A stretch of 64,000 nucleotides of DNA from Stegostoma tigrinum (taxonomy: Eukaryota): positions 10,549,914 through 10,613,913 of the forward strand of contig NC_081386.1 of assembly GCF_030684315.1 (NCBI RefSeq). Reading direction: 5' to 3'. The notes below the pieces were generated by a model, which made no database searches, was not told the origin of the DNA, and was given only the letters and a program-made list of their open reading frames with translations. Below are positions 38,570-49,490 of this stretch, in pieces (the first letter of the stretch is position 1; the number at the start of each line of letters is the position of its first letter). A program made the position numbers and the translations under genes.

Positions 38570-39300
38570 TATGAAAGAACAAAGAAAGGTTTAATTGGCT
38601 GAACACCATTTTTAAAACTCCAATTAACAGAGCTAAATTGAGCCTTCAACTTTCTTCCTTGTTTTTTGATTATTCAGTTTGAGGGCTACTACTGTGCAGT
38701 CAGGAGAATCAGAAACAGCAATTAAAAATAAAAGCATATACACACCAGAGGTAATGATTAGCTGGAACATGAGTACTTATCTGGATCTTACTGATATAGG
38801 GTCACTTCATATGAAAACATTCTGCTTCATGTGCTCAAATCCATAATGCATACGCATTCTCTCAATCTATTATTGTTTAAAAAAATGACAAAATTGCCCT
38901 CTTAACTTTTAATTTAGTTTAATTTCTGTTATTACAGCTGCACCTTAATGCCATAACATTTTGATAATTTGGCCTAATAACCAACCTCACCTTTCAGATT
39001 ATGTAATCATGCAGCATTCCATTAATGATGTTTCTAAAAAAATGCAGCTAAACATGTGCAAAAATGTATAATTAAGTTGAAAAATTACCGTGCATATTAG
39101 AGCTAATGAACCATTTGAAAATTCCTTTCACAACTGGACGGCTTTAACACACACCAATATATGGCCTAATATTCTTGTTTCTTTTGGCTCATTAGGGACT
39201 TCTTGAGCAGCAATTAAAAAGGCTAAGATGGAGATCAGCACATGACTCTTTTATGGCTGATATTACAGCCATGATTTTCTGAGCAGCTTGTGATTCCCAA
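38570..39300. promoter_or_regulatory. Repeat-free, TAAT/ATTA-dense CNE-like block
   Basis: Many homeodomain cores (TTAATTGG, CAATTAA, TAATGATTA, CATTAATG, CTCATTA, TTTTATGG); composition only. Confidence 0.3.
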
Positions 39301-39549
39301 CCTCATAACTGATCTATGCTGTACTTCCGCTTTCTTCCTTTTTAGTTTTTTTCATGTGATTGTGATTAAAATTTGAAGTGCCAGTGGTATACATGAAAAA
39401 CACATTTGTTTTAATGGGTGGGAACGCTTTTCAGTGGTGGTACATGCCATTGATGGATAATGCTGCCTCTTCACATGCTCTAGCACAGATTCTGTTGGTC
39501 AAAAAGAGAGACCATGTCACAGTCACAACTATCCAGCCAGACTATCTTG

Positions 39550-39853
39550 CCACACATAGTGTTTCAGTGGTTAACACACCTCACAGCGCCAGGGACCTGG
39601 GTTCGATTTCCCCCTTGGCAACTGTCCACATGGAGCTTGCACATTCTCCCTGTGTCTGTGTGGGTTCCCTCCCAGTGCTCCAGTTTCCTTCCACAGTTCA
39701 AAGATGTTCAGGCTAAGTGGATTGGCCAGGCTAAATTGCCGAATTTTTAATGTCTTGTAGATTAGGTGTGGTTTAGGGGGCTAAGTCTGGGTGGGATGGT
39801 CTGAGGTTTGGCATGGATCGAAGGGCCTGTTTCCACACTGTACGGATTCTATG
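39550..39853 (+). mobile_element. HE1-like V-SINE
   Basis: cagtggttaacac..cacagcgccagggacctgggttcgatt, V-domain, gaagggcctgtttccacactgt tail. Confidence 0.9.
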
Positions 39854-39964
39854 ATAAGACATGAGAGCCCAAAAGCAGCATGGGTGTTCTTTGAAGTTAA
39901 ATTTCATATGACATTGTGCTCAATCTTTTTGTAGTGTGTACCATTTGCTGATAGTAGTATAACT

Positions 39965-40520
39965 GGAGGGCTAGAGAAACCCTGGTTAGACTCTACTTAA
40001 AGATAGATTATTTCCTTGTGATTTGAAATGGGCATTGCATCTTAGAAAGGAAGCATGGCGTTGGAGGGAGTACAACATAGGCTTACGACAATGAAACCTA
40101 GACTTCAGAAACTAAGTTATGAGGTGAGATTTCAGATATGAGTTAGAGTTTTCTGTAGAATTTAGAATGTTAAGGGTGATCTGATCAAAGACTTCAAGAT
40201 ATTAATAGAAAAAGAAGGTTAGATAAAGATAAACTATTTTCATTGGTAAGGGATTCTAGAACTAGGGAGCACCGTCTAAGAATTAGGGCCAAACCATTCA
40301 GGAGAGATGTTAGGAAGTACCACTGCACACAAAGGATGGCACATATTTGGGACTTTATTCCTTAAATGGCAGTGAATGTTATATCAGTTGTTAATTTTAA
40401 ATTTGAACAAAGGGATATGGGCCAAGGGCAGGTATATGGAGTTAGGCCACAGATCAGTCATGATCTCATTAAATGGCTGAACAGGCTCGAGGGCCTGAAT
40501 GGCCTACTCCTGTTCCCATA
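39965..40520 (+). mobile_element. Decayed CR1 LINE 3' portion
   Basis: ttggagggagtacaa..gggtgatctgatcaaa..gatcagtcatgatctcattaaatggc..gagggcctgaatggcctactcctgttcc. Confidence 0.8.
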
Positions 40521-41442
40521 TTTCTATAAATATACTGGCATGCTCTCTGGTTAGTGTACATCAATGGTTATAAGAATTTGGAGGCACTTTCTTTACTCTG
40601 GAGAAAACAATATTGGGCTTTTGCATTCATTGTACTAAATGTTAATATTATTGTCCAGGGTTGTAGTCACCACTCTGTGAGATATGGCTGAACTTTCGGG
40701 CTCAGCTGGCCCTCTTCACTATGCAACATAGAAGATATTGTCAACGACTAATGCCACTGGCAATAACTGTAGGTGAACTGAAACTCTTGGAGTGACTCTG
40801 CCAGCCAAAGCTCTGTGATCAATACACATTTCCATAATTCTAACATTGGCCCCTTAGCCTTCTTGTTTTTGGGTTTGCTGATTGTCCCCACTAACCTGTC
40901 ACCCCCACTTCAACAACCAAAACTTGTTGTCCCTCCTACTTCAATCCTCTATGCCCTCAATCTCATTCCATAAACCGGCCTCACAACTTATTCAGTTTTG
41001 ACAATGCCAAGCTTCCAACATGTGTTCATTCTCCAGCTCCCTTTTCCAGTGTCATGGAGTTATACGAGGCAAACTGCTAACCATAGGATGGCCCGATGTC
41101 ATCAGGTACATACCATTTCTGTACAATCAGTAACTGGGTGTCATAAGATTCTTGTGAGTCGCTGATTTGATCTTGAATGTAGAGCATAACTGAAAACTGT
41201 TTCATGTTAATGAGTATTCATGACATTTAAATGAATCTGAGTATAAACCTGCCATCTGATACACCACAAAGATGCTGCTGACTTTATTGCTTTATCCTGA
41301 CACACTGCTGAAAAATCCACATTTTGCAGATGAGAGTTGTGCATGGGGACCTGGTGGAATCCCTGACATTGCAGTCTCGAAGGGAATTTTACAGGGATTT
41401 GAAAATTGCAGTTTGGATTTGCCTTATGCCAGGAGCCTTCTG

Positions 41443-41606
41443 GGGGAAGCAATGGCCTAGTGGAATTATCGCTGGACTGTTAATCCAGAGACCCAGGTAA
41501 TGTTTCAGGGACTAGGGTTTGAATCCTGCCATGGCAGCTCGTGGAATTTGAATTCAGGAAATACATGGAATTAAGAATCTAATGATGACTCATGGATCCA
41601 TTGTCA
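41443..41606 (+). mobile_element. 5' half of a tRNA SINE (12639 family), cut by the Penelope element
   Basis: gcaatggcctagtgg..gactgttaatccagagacccaggtaatg..gggtttgaatcc. Confidence 0.8.
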
Positions 41607-44600
41607 GTTTTCAAAAAGATTTATAGCTTGGGTTGTGGATGAGGTTCTAGACATGCTTGAGGTGATTGGTTTGGTGGCAAACATTTCATCATGCTGCCAG
41701 GTAACATCATCAGTACAGCTCTGGTAAAGTGTTGGTGTTCTGTCCTGCTTGTTATTTATATACCTACGTTTGTTGGAGTGTTTGGTATCACTTCCAGTTC
41801 TGTTTCTCAGCGGTTTGTACACAGGGTCGAATTCAATGTGTTTGTTGATGGAGTTTTGGTTAGAATACCAGGCCTCCAGGATTTCCCTGGTGTGTCTCTG
41901 GATTGTGTAATTATGCAGGTGTTGTTCCTGTCAAATTTGTGTATCTCGTTGTCTGTGTGTAATGTGACAAGTGAGAATTGGATGTGTCTCTTGGTGGCTA
42001 GCTGGTATTTGTGTGTCTATATTGTCAGTTTTCTCCCAGTTTGGCCAATGTAGTGTTTCTCACAGTCCTTGGATGATATTTTGTATATTACGCCGGTTTT
42101 GCTGGCTTTGGGTATGGGGTCCTTTGTATTCATCAGAAGCTGTCGTAGGGTGGTTGTTGGTTTGTGGGCTACCCTAATACCTAGGGGTCTGATAGCCTTG
42201 TGTTTAGCTCTGAAATGTCCTTGATGTATGGTAGGGTGATTAATGAATCTGGTCATGTTGTGTCTTCCTATTGGAGTCTATCTTGGAGGTAATAGCATAT
42301 TATGCTTTTCGGGTATCCATACCTTTCCCTTATACTTCCCGCACAAATTCTCAGAAAGCAGATACTATCTCAAAGCTTAAAATATAAACCATCTATCAAC
42401 AATCCACAGGCACGGAGAACAGCTGTACAGAACAGCTGTACAGAAAGGGTTATGATCAGCGGTGCCCACAACTGCTTCCACGAATACGAGTGTAAAATTG
42501 TGTGCCAAAAAATCCCTGTATTCTAACACAAGTGACCAGGATTGGACATCCACAGTGGAACGAGCTATCAACATATAACAACAAAAGACTAGAACAAATA
42601 AAAGAAAAGCTCTGCAAGAAAAGCTGTCTAAGATCACCCACATCAATGACATGGACAACAAAAGATTCATGGACTAAAAACATCTCAGACTGACCACTTA
42701 CAAACACTGACAGGACCGTCGTAGTATGCAGACTGAATTATAACTACGGAGACGCCAAAAAAACTGACTTCTTGGCTGCTCTGGAATCAACAGTAAAGAG
42801 CAACGAACTCCCAAAAGAAGTACAGCAGACTATCAGACAGACAATCATCCCACCACTGAGTAAAAGAAGTAAGTGGAACACATTTGACGCAGAAAAAAGG
42901 AAAGCTCTGGAAGGACTCGACAAAGGCAGGAACATTTTAATCTTATCAGCAGATGAAGGACACACGACAGTCGTTCTTAAGAAAGCTCATTACACCGAGA
43001 AAGCTAACACACTACTAGCGGTTACTGGCACTTACCAACAGATGGCCATAGACCCAACACCTAAGTTAGGAAACTGGATCAAAATGACCCTGAAGAAATT
43101 ACGCAACTCACGAGACATCAACAAGACAGATTGTCAAAAAAAAAGCTGTAGGGATCCAACACACCATGCTTCTACAGACTCCCCAAAGTATACAAACTGG
43201 GCGGCGGGTGGGGGGGGGGGGGGGGCGCTCAGACCCCTTGTCTGACTGCCAAGTACATCAACATATAGACTTATCAAATAACAAACAGAAATTGAAATAC
43301 TTGTTTGACAACACTACTCACTCCATCCACTCATCCCAAGAATTCCTCAACATCATCAAAAATACCAGGATAGTAGAGGACAAGATGATGATATCCTTTG
43401 ACTATTTATGCCCATAAACATTGACCTTGCCAAAGAAACAATTGCCACATTGCTGGACAAATCAGGAAGGCAGGAACCCCAGGGCACCAACAGCTTCAAT
43501 AAGGACACCACCATGAATCTTCTAGATCTGTGCCTCTCAATGCACTTCACCTTCAACTTCAGCATATACAAACAAATCAACAGAAAACCATTGGGGATCT
43601 CCAGTATGAGGACTGATTGCAAAAGCAGTATTGCACAGGTTAGCATGAACAGCACTCCCCATTATACAACCCAAACTTTGGGTCTGATATGTAAATGACA
43701 CTTCCATGATTATCAAATGCACAAACCAGAAGAAACCCACCAACACATAAACAACATTCTCACTGGGATAAAGTTCTCAAAAGAAGAAAAGAACAATAAC
43801 CAACTATCTTTCCTGGACATAATAGTAGGAAGCATAACCAACAGGGAACTCCTGTTAGTTCTAGTGACTAGTGTATACAGAAAGGATCAGATAGTCAATT
43901 ACAACAGCAACCCCTTCAAATCCCACAAATGGAGCTGCATCAGGACACTATTTAGATGAGCCACAACACATTGCAGTGACCTGGAGCCACACAGAGCAGA
44001 ACAGGAACACTTGTACAGAGTCTTTGAAAGGAATGGATACTCGAAAAGTACAATCCGCCATTACCTCTAAGACAGGCCTCAACAGGAAGACACAACACAA
44101 CCAGACCCTCCCTACTGGACACCAAGGACTCTTCAGAGATGATCACAAGACTACCCAGGCCCCTAGGTATCAGGATAGCTCACAAACCAAAAACCACCCT
44201 GTGACTGCTACTAACAACTGTAAAGCATCCCATACCCAAAACCAGCAAAACTGGTGTAATATACAAAATACCATGTAGGGACTGTGAGAAACACTGCACA
44301 GGCCAAACTGGAAGAAAACTGGCAATATGGATACATGAACACCAACCAGTCATCAAGATACACGACCAAATCTCTTTTCTTGCACTGCACACAGACAACG
44401 AGGGACACAAATTTGACTAGGACAACACAACCATAGTCGCACAAGCCAAACAGAGACATGCCAGGGAATTCCTACTGGCCTGATATTCTATCTGGAACTC
44501 CATCAACAAACACATTGAATTAGACCCTGTGTACAAGCCACTGAGAACAGAACCAGAAATGGTACTAAACACCCCAACAAGCTGAGGTATATAAAAAACA

Positions 44601-44745
44601 AGCGGGACAGAACACTGATGCTTCACCGGAAATGCAATGATGATATTAACTAACAGGGTGACGAAATGTTTGACACCAAACTCACCTGGCTCGATGACTA
44701 TGTCTACAACTTCATCCACAACCCGAGCTACAAAACATCTCAAAC
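41607..44745 (+). mobile_element. Near full-length decayed Penelope-like element (RT and GIY-YIG) with a roughly 710-bp inverted copy of its 3' end at the 5' side
   Basis: ILILSADEGHTTVVL, SIHSSQEFL..MMISFD, HFTFNFSIYKQ, YVND (for YVDD), QLSFLDI, SVYRK, GVIYKIPCRDCEKHCTGQTGRKL. 41607-42320 is the reverse complement of about 44032-44745. Confidence 0.93.
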
Positions 44746-44749
44746 TTTA

Positions 44750-45680
44750 ACCATGTTATTCCATCTGACTGTTAATTCTATCCCGCATAACTGCCTGAAG
44801 AGGTTCTCCTTGCTTTTGCCCTCCCAAACCCTCACCCCATTCACTCCAAGTTAAACTGACTGGTCAGTAATTATTGGATTCAACTGTCCAGCCTTTTTAG
44901 AAAAAGAATATTGCATTTTCAATTCTTCAGACCTGTGGCACCACACCTGAGTATTGGGAAGATTGAAATTTGTTGCCAGTGCTTCTGCAATTTCCACTCT
45001 GCCTTACTTTAATAGCTCTGGATGTATCTCATTTGATCCCAGTGCCTTATCAAGTATTGACATCTTATCCAATACCTTCTCCATCTCAATTTTAAACTCT
45101 TTTAATAGTTAAAAGTTCCTCTGTTACCATATCTCACTTTTCTCAGTAAACTCAGATGGAAAATATTCATTCAACGCCTCAACCATGCCTCCGCCATTGT
45201 GTGTGATTTCCTTCTTTGGTGCCGAGTTAGCTCAATACCTTCTGTCTCATTTTACTATTAATCAGCCGATAGTGGAGTTAGCAATTCCCCTTTTAGTGTT
45301 TTGCATCTCCCTTCTTTGGTTTTCCATCTCCCCTCTAACCTTGGATCGCAATTGTATTATCTACCTGCCACCCCTCAAGAACACACCTTTCCTTCTTCAT
45401 TTTAATCTATATCTCGTTTTTCAGACAAAGTTCTGGTCTTGTTTGCCTTGCCTTCGTGAGGAAACATACCTCAATAGCTGAGCCATCTGTTCTTTTGAAC
45501 GTAGCCCATTGTTTAGCTGCAGAACTTCCTGTCAACTTTTGGTTTCAGTCTATCTGGCCTAACTGTCTTCTTTTCCCATCAAAGTCAGCTGTCCCCATTG
45601 AAATTCTTACTCTGCATTGTCCTTTATCCTATTCAAATATCATCTGAAGTCTTATTTTAAAGTATCACTGTCCCCCAGCT
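44750..45680 (-). mobile_element. Old, heavily decayed CR1 ORF2 fragment
   Basis: aactgactggtcagtaatt (antisense of the NYRPVSL region), gatgtatctcatttgatcccagtgcc, aatattcattcaacgcctcaaccat. Confidence 0.6.
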
Positions 45681-46124
45681 TTGAGGAACCGGTAGAAAAT
45701 ATGCCTTTTTTGGAGTCCTGTCAGATACTTATCTTTGGGCAGTTTGTGAAAGATTATTTCCAAATTGGAAAGATTTTGCTTCACCTAAAATTCCAGTGTA
45801 TGAATATCTGTTCAGCAATAACATAATTCTGCAAATAGGCTGCTTTTTAAACAGGGCAAGGTGTCTTGCAGTCCCCTGGTCTGGCTGACTAATGGGCAAA
45901 TAACACTTTTTCAGAAATGACATTCAATCTACAAATGACGAGTTTTTTAGAAATAGTTAATATAAGCAGTATTTAAATAACTTTGAATTTAAAAAAATAG
46001 TTACAGTGACTCACTTAACTTAGAAAATTTGCTTTCCAGATAAGGCAAGTCTTGGAACTTGAATTACTCTCATAGCTTGAAGCTCTTGCTGGTGATATAA
46101 CAGTTCCATGTACATTCAAATCTT

Positions 46125-46630
46125 TAGAGTCATAGCGATCCACAGTCCAGAAAAAGGCCCTATGGCCTATTGAGTTTGCACCAATCAAAAACAGCTACCT
46201 AACTATTCTAATCTTCCAGCATTTTCCCAACAGCATTCTATGCCATGGCAGTGCCTCCTGGCACTTCTTAAATGTTATACAGGGTTCTGCCCCTTCCATC
46301 CAAGAATGTGTGAGGTCCAGATTCCCACCACCACCCTCCTCACATCTCATCTAAACCTTCTGCGCCTCAATTTAAACCTACGGCCCCTGGCCGTTGATCC
46401 CTTCACCAAGGGACAAAGCTTTCTTCCTTTCTACCCTGTCTATGCCCCTTATAATTTTAGACATCTCAATTATGTTCCCCCTCAGCCACCTCTGCTCCAA
46501 GGAAAACAACCTCAATCTCTCTAATCTCTCCTCAAAAGCAAAGTTCTCCAGGCCAGGCAATATCCTGGTAATCTTGCCTCCAGTTCATTCATATCCCTCT
46601 TATAATGTGGTTTCCAGGGCTGCACACTTG
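46125..46630 (-). mobile_element. CR1 LINE 3' portion
   Basis: ORF 46378..46560(-) PGLENFAFEERLERLRLFSLEQRWLRGNIIEMSKIIRGIDRVE. Confidence 0.88.
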
Positions 46631-47699
46631 TGAAGTATTTACATGCATGCCAGCACATAGACTGCCTGGCAACTAAATGTGAACTAACCGCACAGAAAAC
46701 TGACAGACAGAGTCCCAGTTTCAAATCCTCATTGCTTAAAAAGCCAAATTGGAACAAAGTAAGATCAAAGGGATATCTCCCCAATAAAGAAAGCTGTCAA
46801 AAACAGTCAACTTGATAGGATTTCCTGGCACAGTATTTACACCTGTGAGACAACGCAGTTCTCATTATAGAGCCCATTACATTTCCCTTAATGATGGTCT
46901 GGCAAATCCATACAGTTAGCCCTGTCTCCTTGCAGCCAGCTCATTAATATTAAGTGATGCTGTCAAGAGTGTGCACTCTGGCAAGTAAAACTTGTTAGGT
47001 AGAACATTGAGACAGAGGTGACTCCTGTGCCCTTTTGAAGTGACATTTATACATGAAGAGTGAATTTCAGGAGACCACCCAAATACAACTGGCCACTTAC
47101 CAAGGCAGCATAAATATAACAGGTTGAGAGTCAAATTTTTAATGTTGCAAACAGGTCTAGTTTCTCAAAAGAATTCCAGTTTGTCACAGCAAGCCTTGGC
47201 ACAGGATTAGGAGGGAAAGAATAATGGCAATAAGTTAGCTCAAACTCAGCATCAATGCAAGAAGAAGCATGAGTTCAATAGGTTCTGACTAAACTTATCC
47301 TTGAAACATTTTATATTTCATTGATAAGCAGTGTGGAGCTGTGTTATCTCAGACTCCAGCATTGGCAGTTCTTACCATCTTCAAGTGAGTTATATTTCAT
47401 TGAGTTTTGTGATAAATAATCACTCAAAGTTTGTGTGATTAACTTCCAAAATGATGGCCTGGCAATTCCATACTGTAATGTCTGTCCAGGTGGCATTGTA
47501 GAGGAGAACAGGGAAGTTGAATCTGATATGCAGCTTTGCTTACGTGGTGCCTAAGTTAAAAATGCATTGTGCTACCCCTATGTGACATACTAATGATTAG
47601 AATTAGATCCATGGGCATGTATTACTTGTGATTTAGCCGGCAGTTTACCCCAACACTTATCAGGCAGGCAACTCTGGCTAAGTACTTTTGAAAAAAAAA

Positions 47700-48215
47700 T
47701 CATTCATGTGGACCAGGAGCAGGCAGGTGGGGCTATTTTAGTTTGGGATTATGACTGGTTGGACTGAAAGGTCTGTTTTTATACTGTATGAGTCTATGAC
47801 TCTATGACTCATTGTCTAGGCCAGCATTTATTGTTCAGCCCTAATTAACCTGGAGAAAGCTGTAGGTAAGAGTCCCACTTGAACTCTGCAGTTCTGGGTT
47901 ATAATTATACCGGCAGTGCTGTTAAGTAAGGACTTCCAGGATTTTGAACCAGCAGCAATGAAAGAATGGTGAAGTGGTTTTATGCCAGGATGGTAAGTGT
48001 CTTGGTTGGGAATTTGCAAGTGATGGTTCTCCCGAGCATGTGTTGCCCTCGGTATAGGTCATGGGCTCATTGAGATGATGTTGAAGAAGACCGGATCTTT
48101 CTTGTAGATAGGGGTACACATTAAGCCTGGATGTTGTCCTGATCTTGCTTCATATGAACATAGGCTACTACAGTATTGAGGAGTCATGAATGGTGCTGGA
48201 CATTTCAATCACCAG
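47700..48215 (-). mobile_element. 3' fragment of the 6514-8175 LINE family, interrupted by a CR1 tail (about 47715-47810, +)
   Basis: ggccagcatttattgttcagccctaatt..gacttccaggattttgaaccagc; atgactct repeats mark the CR1 tail. Confidence 0.65.
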
Positions 48216-48502
48216 TAGTAGAAAAGGCCATTGAAGAAAATCTCAGTGTAATTGGATTTAGGACCGTATCTAGGTAAGCCAAGGCTTCTTTTGGTAGTGT
48301 TCCTGCACAAGGGCCAGGAGATCTGAGTTCAAATCCCACATTTCTGAACAAGTCGATTTAAAAAACAACCTAGAAAAAGTACTGTACTGAAATCCTAAGG
48401 CTGAGATAGTTGACCTCCTAAACCATCTTCCTCTGTGCTATTATTTTGCATAGATTTGCTTTAATCTGGACATTCTCATTGCTTTGCCCAGCTGCAGCTT
48501 AC

Positions 48503-48667
48503 CGCACAGCGCTGGCAGCTACTTGACAGCTTCTTTCTGCTCTGCTTGACTTCATCTTCATTGGGCATGAAGAATATCAACGTTCTTTCACTGAATCTGT
48601 GGTAAACCTCAGAACCCCATTTGTAATCCAAACTAATCTTTTTACATTTCTCACAGAAAGTGCATTT
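48503..48667 (-). CDS. Candidate 165-nt in-frame coding exon of an unidentified host gene
   Basis: tag|AAA TGC ... TGT GCG|gtaagc; 55 open codons KCTFCEKCKKISLDYKWGSEVYHRFSERTLIFFMPNEDEVKQSRKKLSSSCQRCA; retains CpGs; acceptor lacks a good pyrimidine tract. Confidence 0.4.
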
Positions 48668-48899
48668 CTATTTTTACAACTTTAACATAGATTTTTTTTC
48701 ATCTCCAGATAACAAGAGACTTAAAATACTCCGTAGCCTTATATTTAGTACAAAGTGCTTGGCCAATTTTAATCTTTATACTCCAGATTTGTGCATATGC
48801 TTGATGTAGTATTTTAGTATTTTTCTTGGCATCATCAAGCAACAACTTTTCTCATTTTTACACCCAAGAACAGTTTGCAATTGGCTCATTCATTTGGTG

Positions 48900-49490
48900 A
48901 ATTAATGAACAAGTTTTTAATTGTATTTTCATACACTTAATTGTTAAAAGAAATTTGAAAAAAAAAATGTTATGGCCAACTGAGCAAGTTAAAAAGAGGA
49001 GAGCTGATCTATTCCACCTCAAATGGTCAGAATAAAATTGAGGGCTTGACTGGTATGTTCCAAGAAACTAATGAATGATATAGGGCGTGAAAAATAAATT
49101 GTTCAAAATCCGTTTAAAATATAACTGCAAGAAGGTTTCCTTGGATCTGAAAGGTTAAGAAACTATAACGTCAGAATTTGATTTTGATGTTTTCAGAATA
49201 TGCAAAAGATTAAAGATGGTGTGCTTGGAAGAATTAAAACTTGGGCACTTGGAGGTGCGGTTCTACCTGCAAGTAAGAAAAAACAGTGCTTGTGAAATGG
49301 GTAACAAAATACCAAGAGGTGAAAATGAAAATCGGACTAAAAAAATAAAAAGTTAAGATTAGAACTGGAATTTCAATAAAGGTAGGAGAAAAAGAATTCC
49401 AGGAATGAAAGAGAAACAGGCAGGAAAGGAAACGAGAGTGAGAATTTAAGCAAAGGAAACGGCATTCGAATTGAAACTGCTTAATCTGCT
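48900..49490 (+). mobile_element. Decayed LTR retrotransposon 5' region (primer-binding site and gag-like coiled coil)
   Basis: tgagggcttgactggtat at 49039-49056 matches 13/18 positions of the tRNA-Pro PBS TGGGGGCTCGTCCGGGAT; downstream EKQAGKE..EFKQRKRHSN / AFELKLL-like purine-rich segment. Confidence 0.45.
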
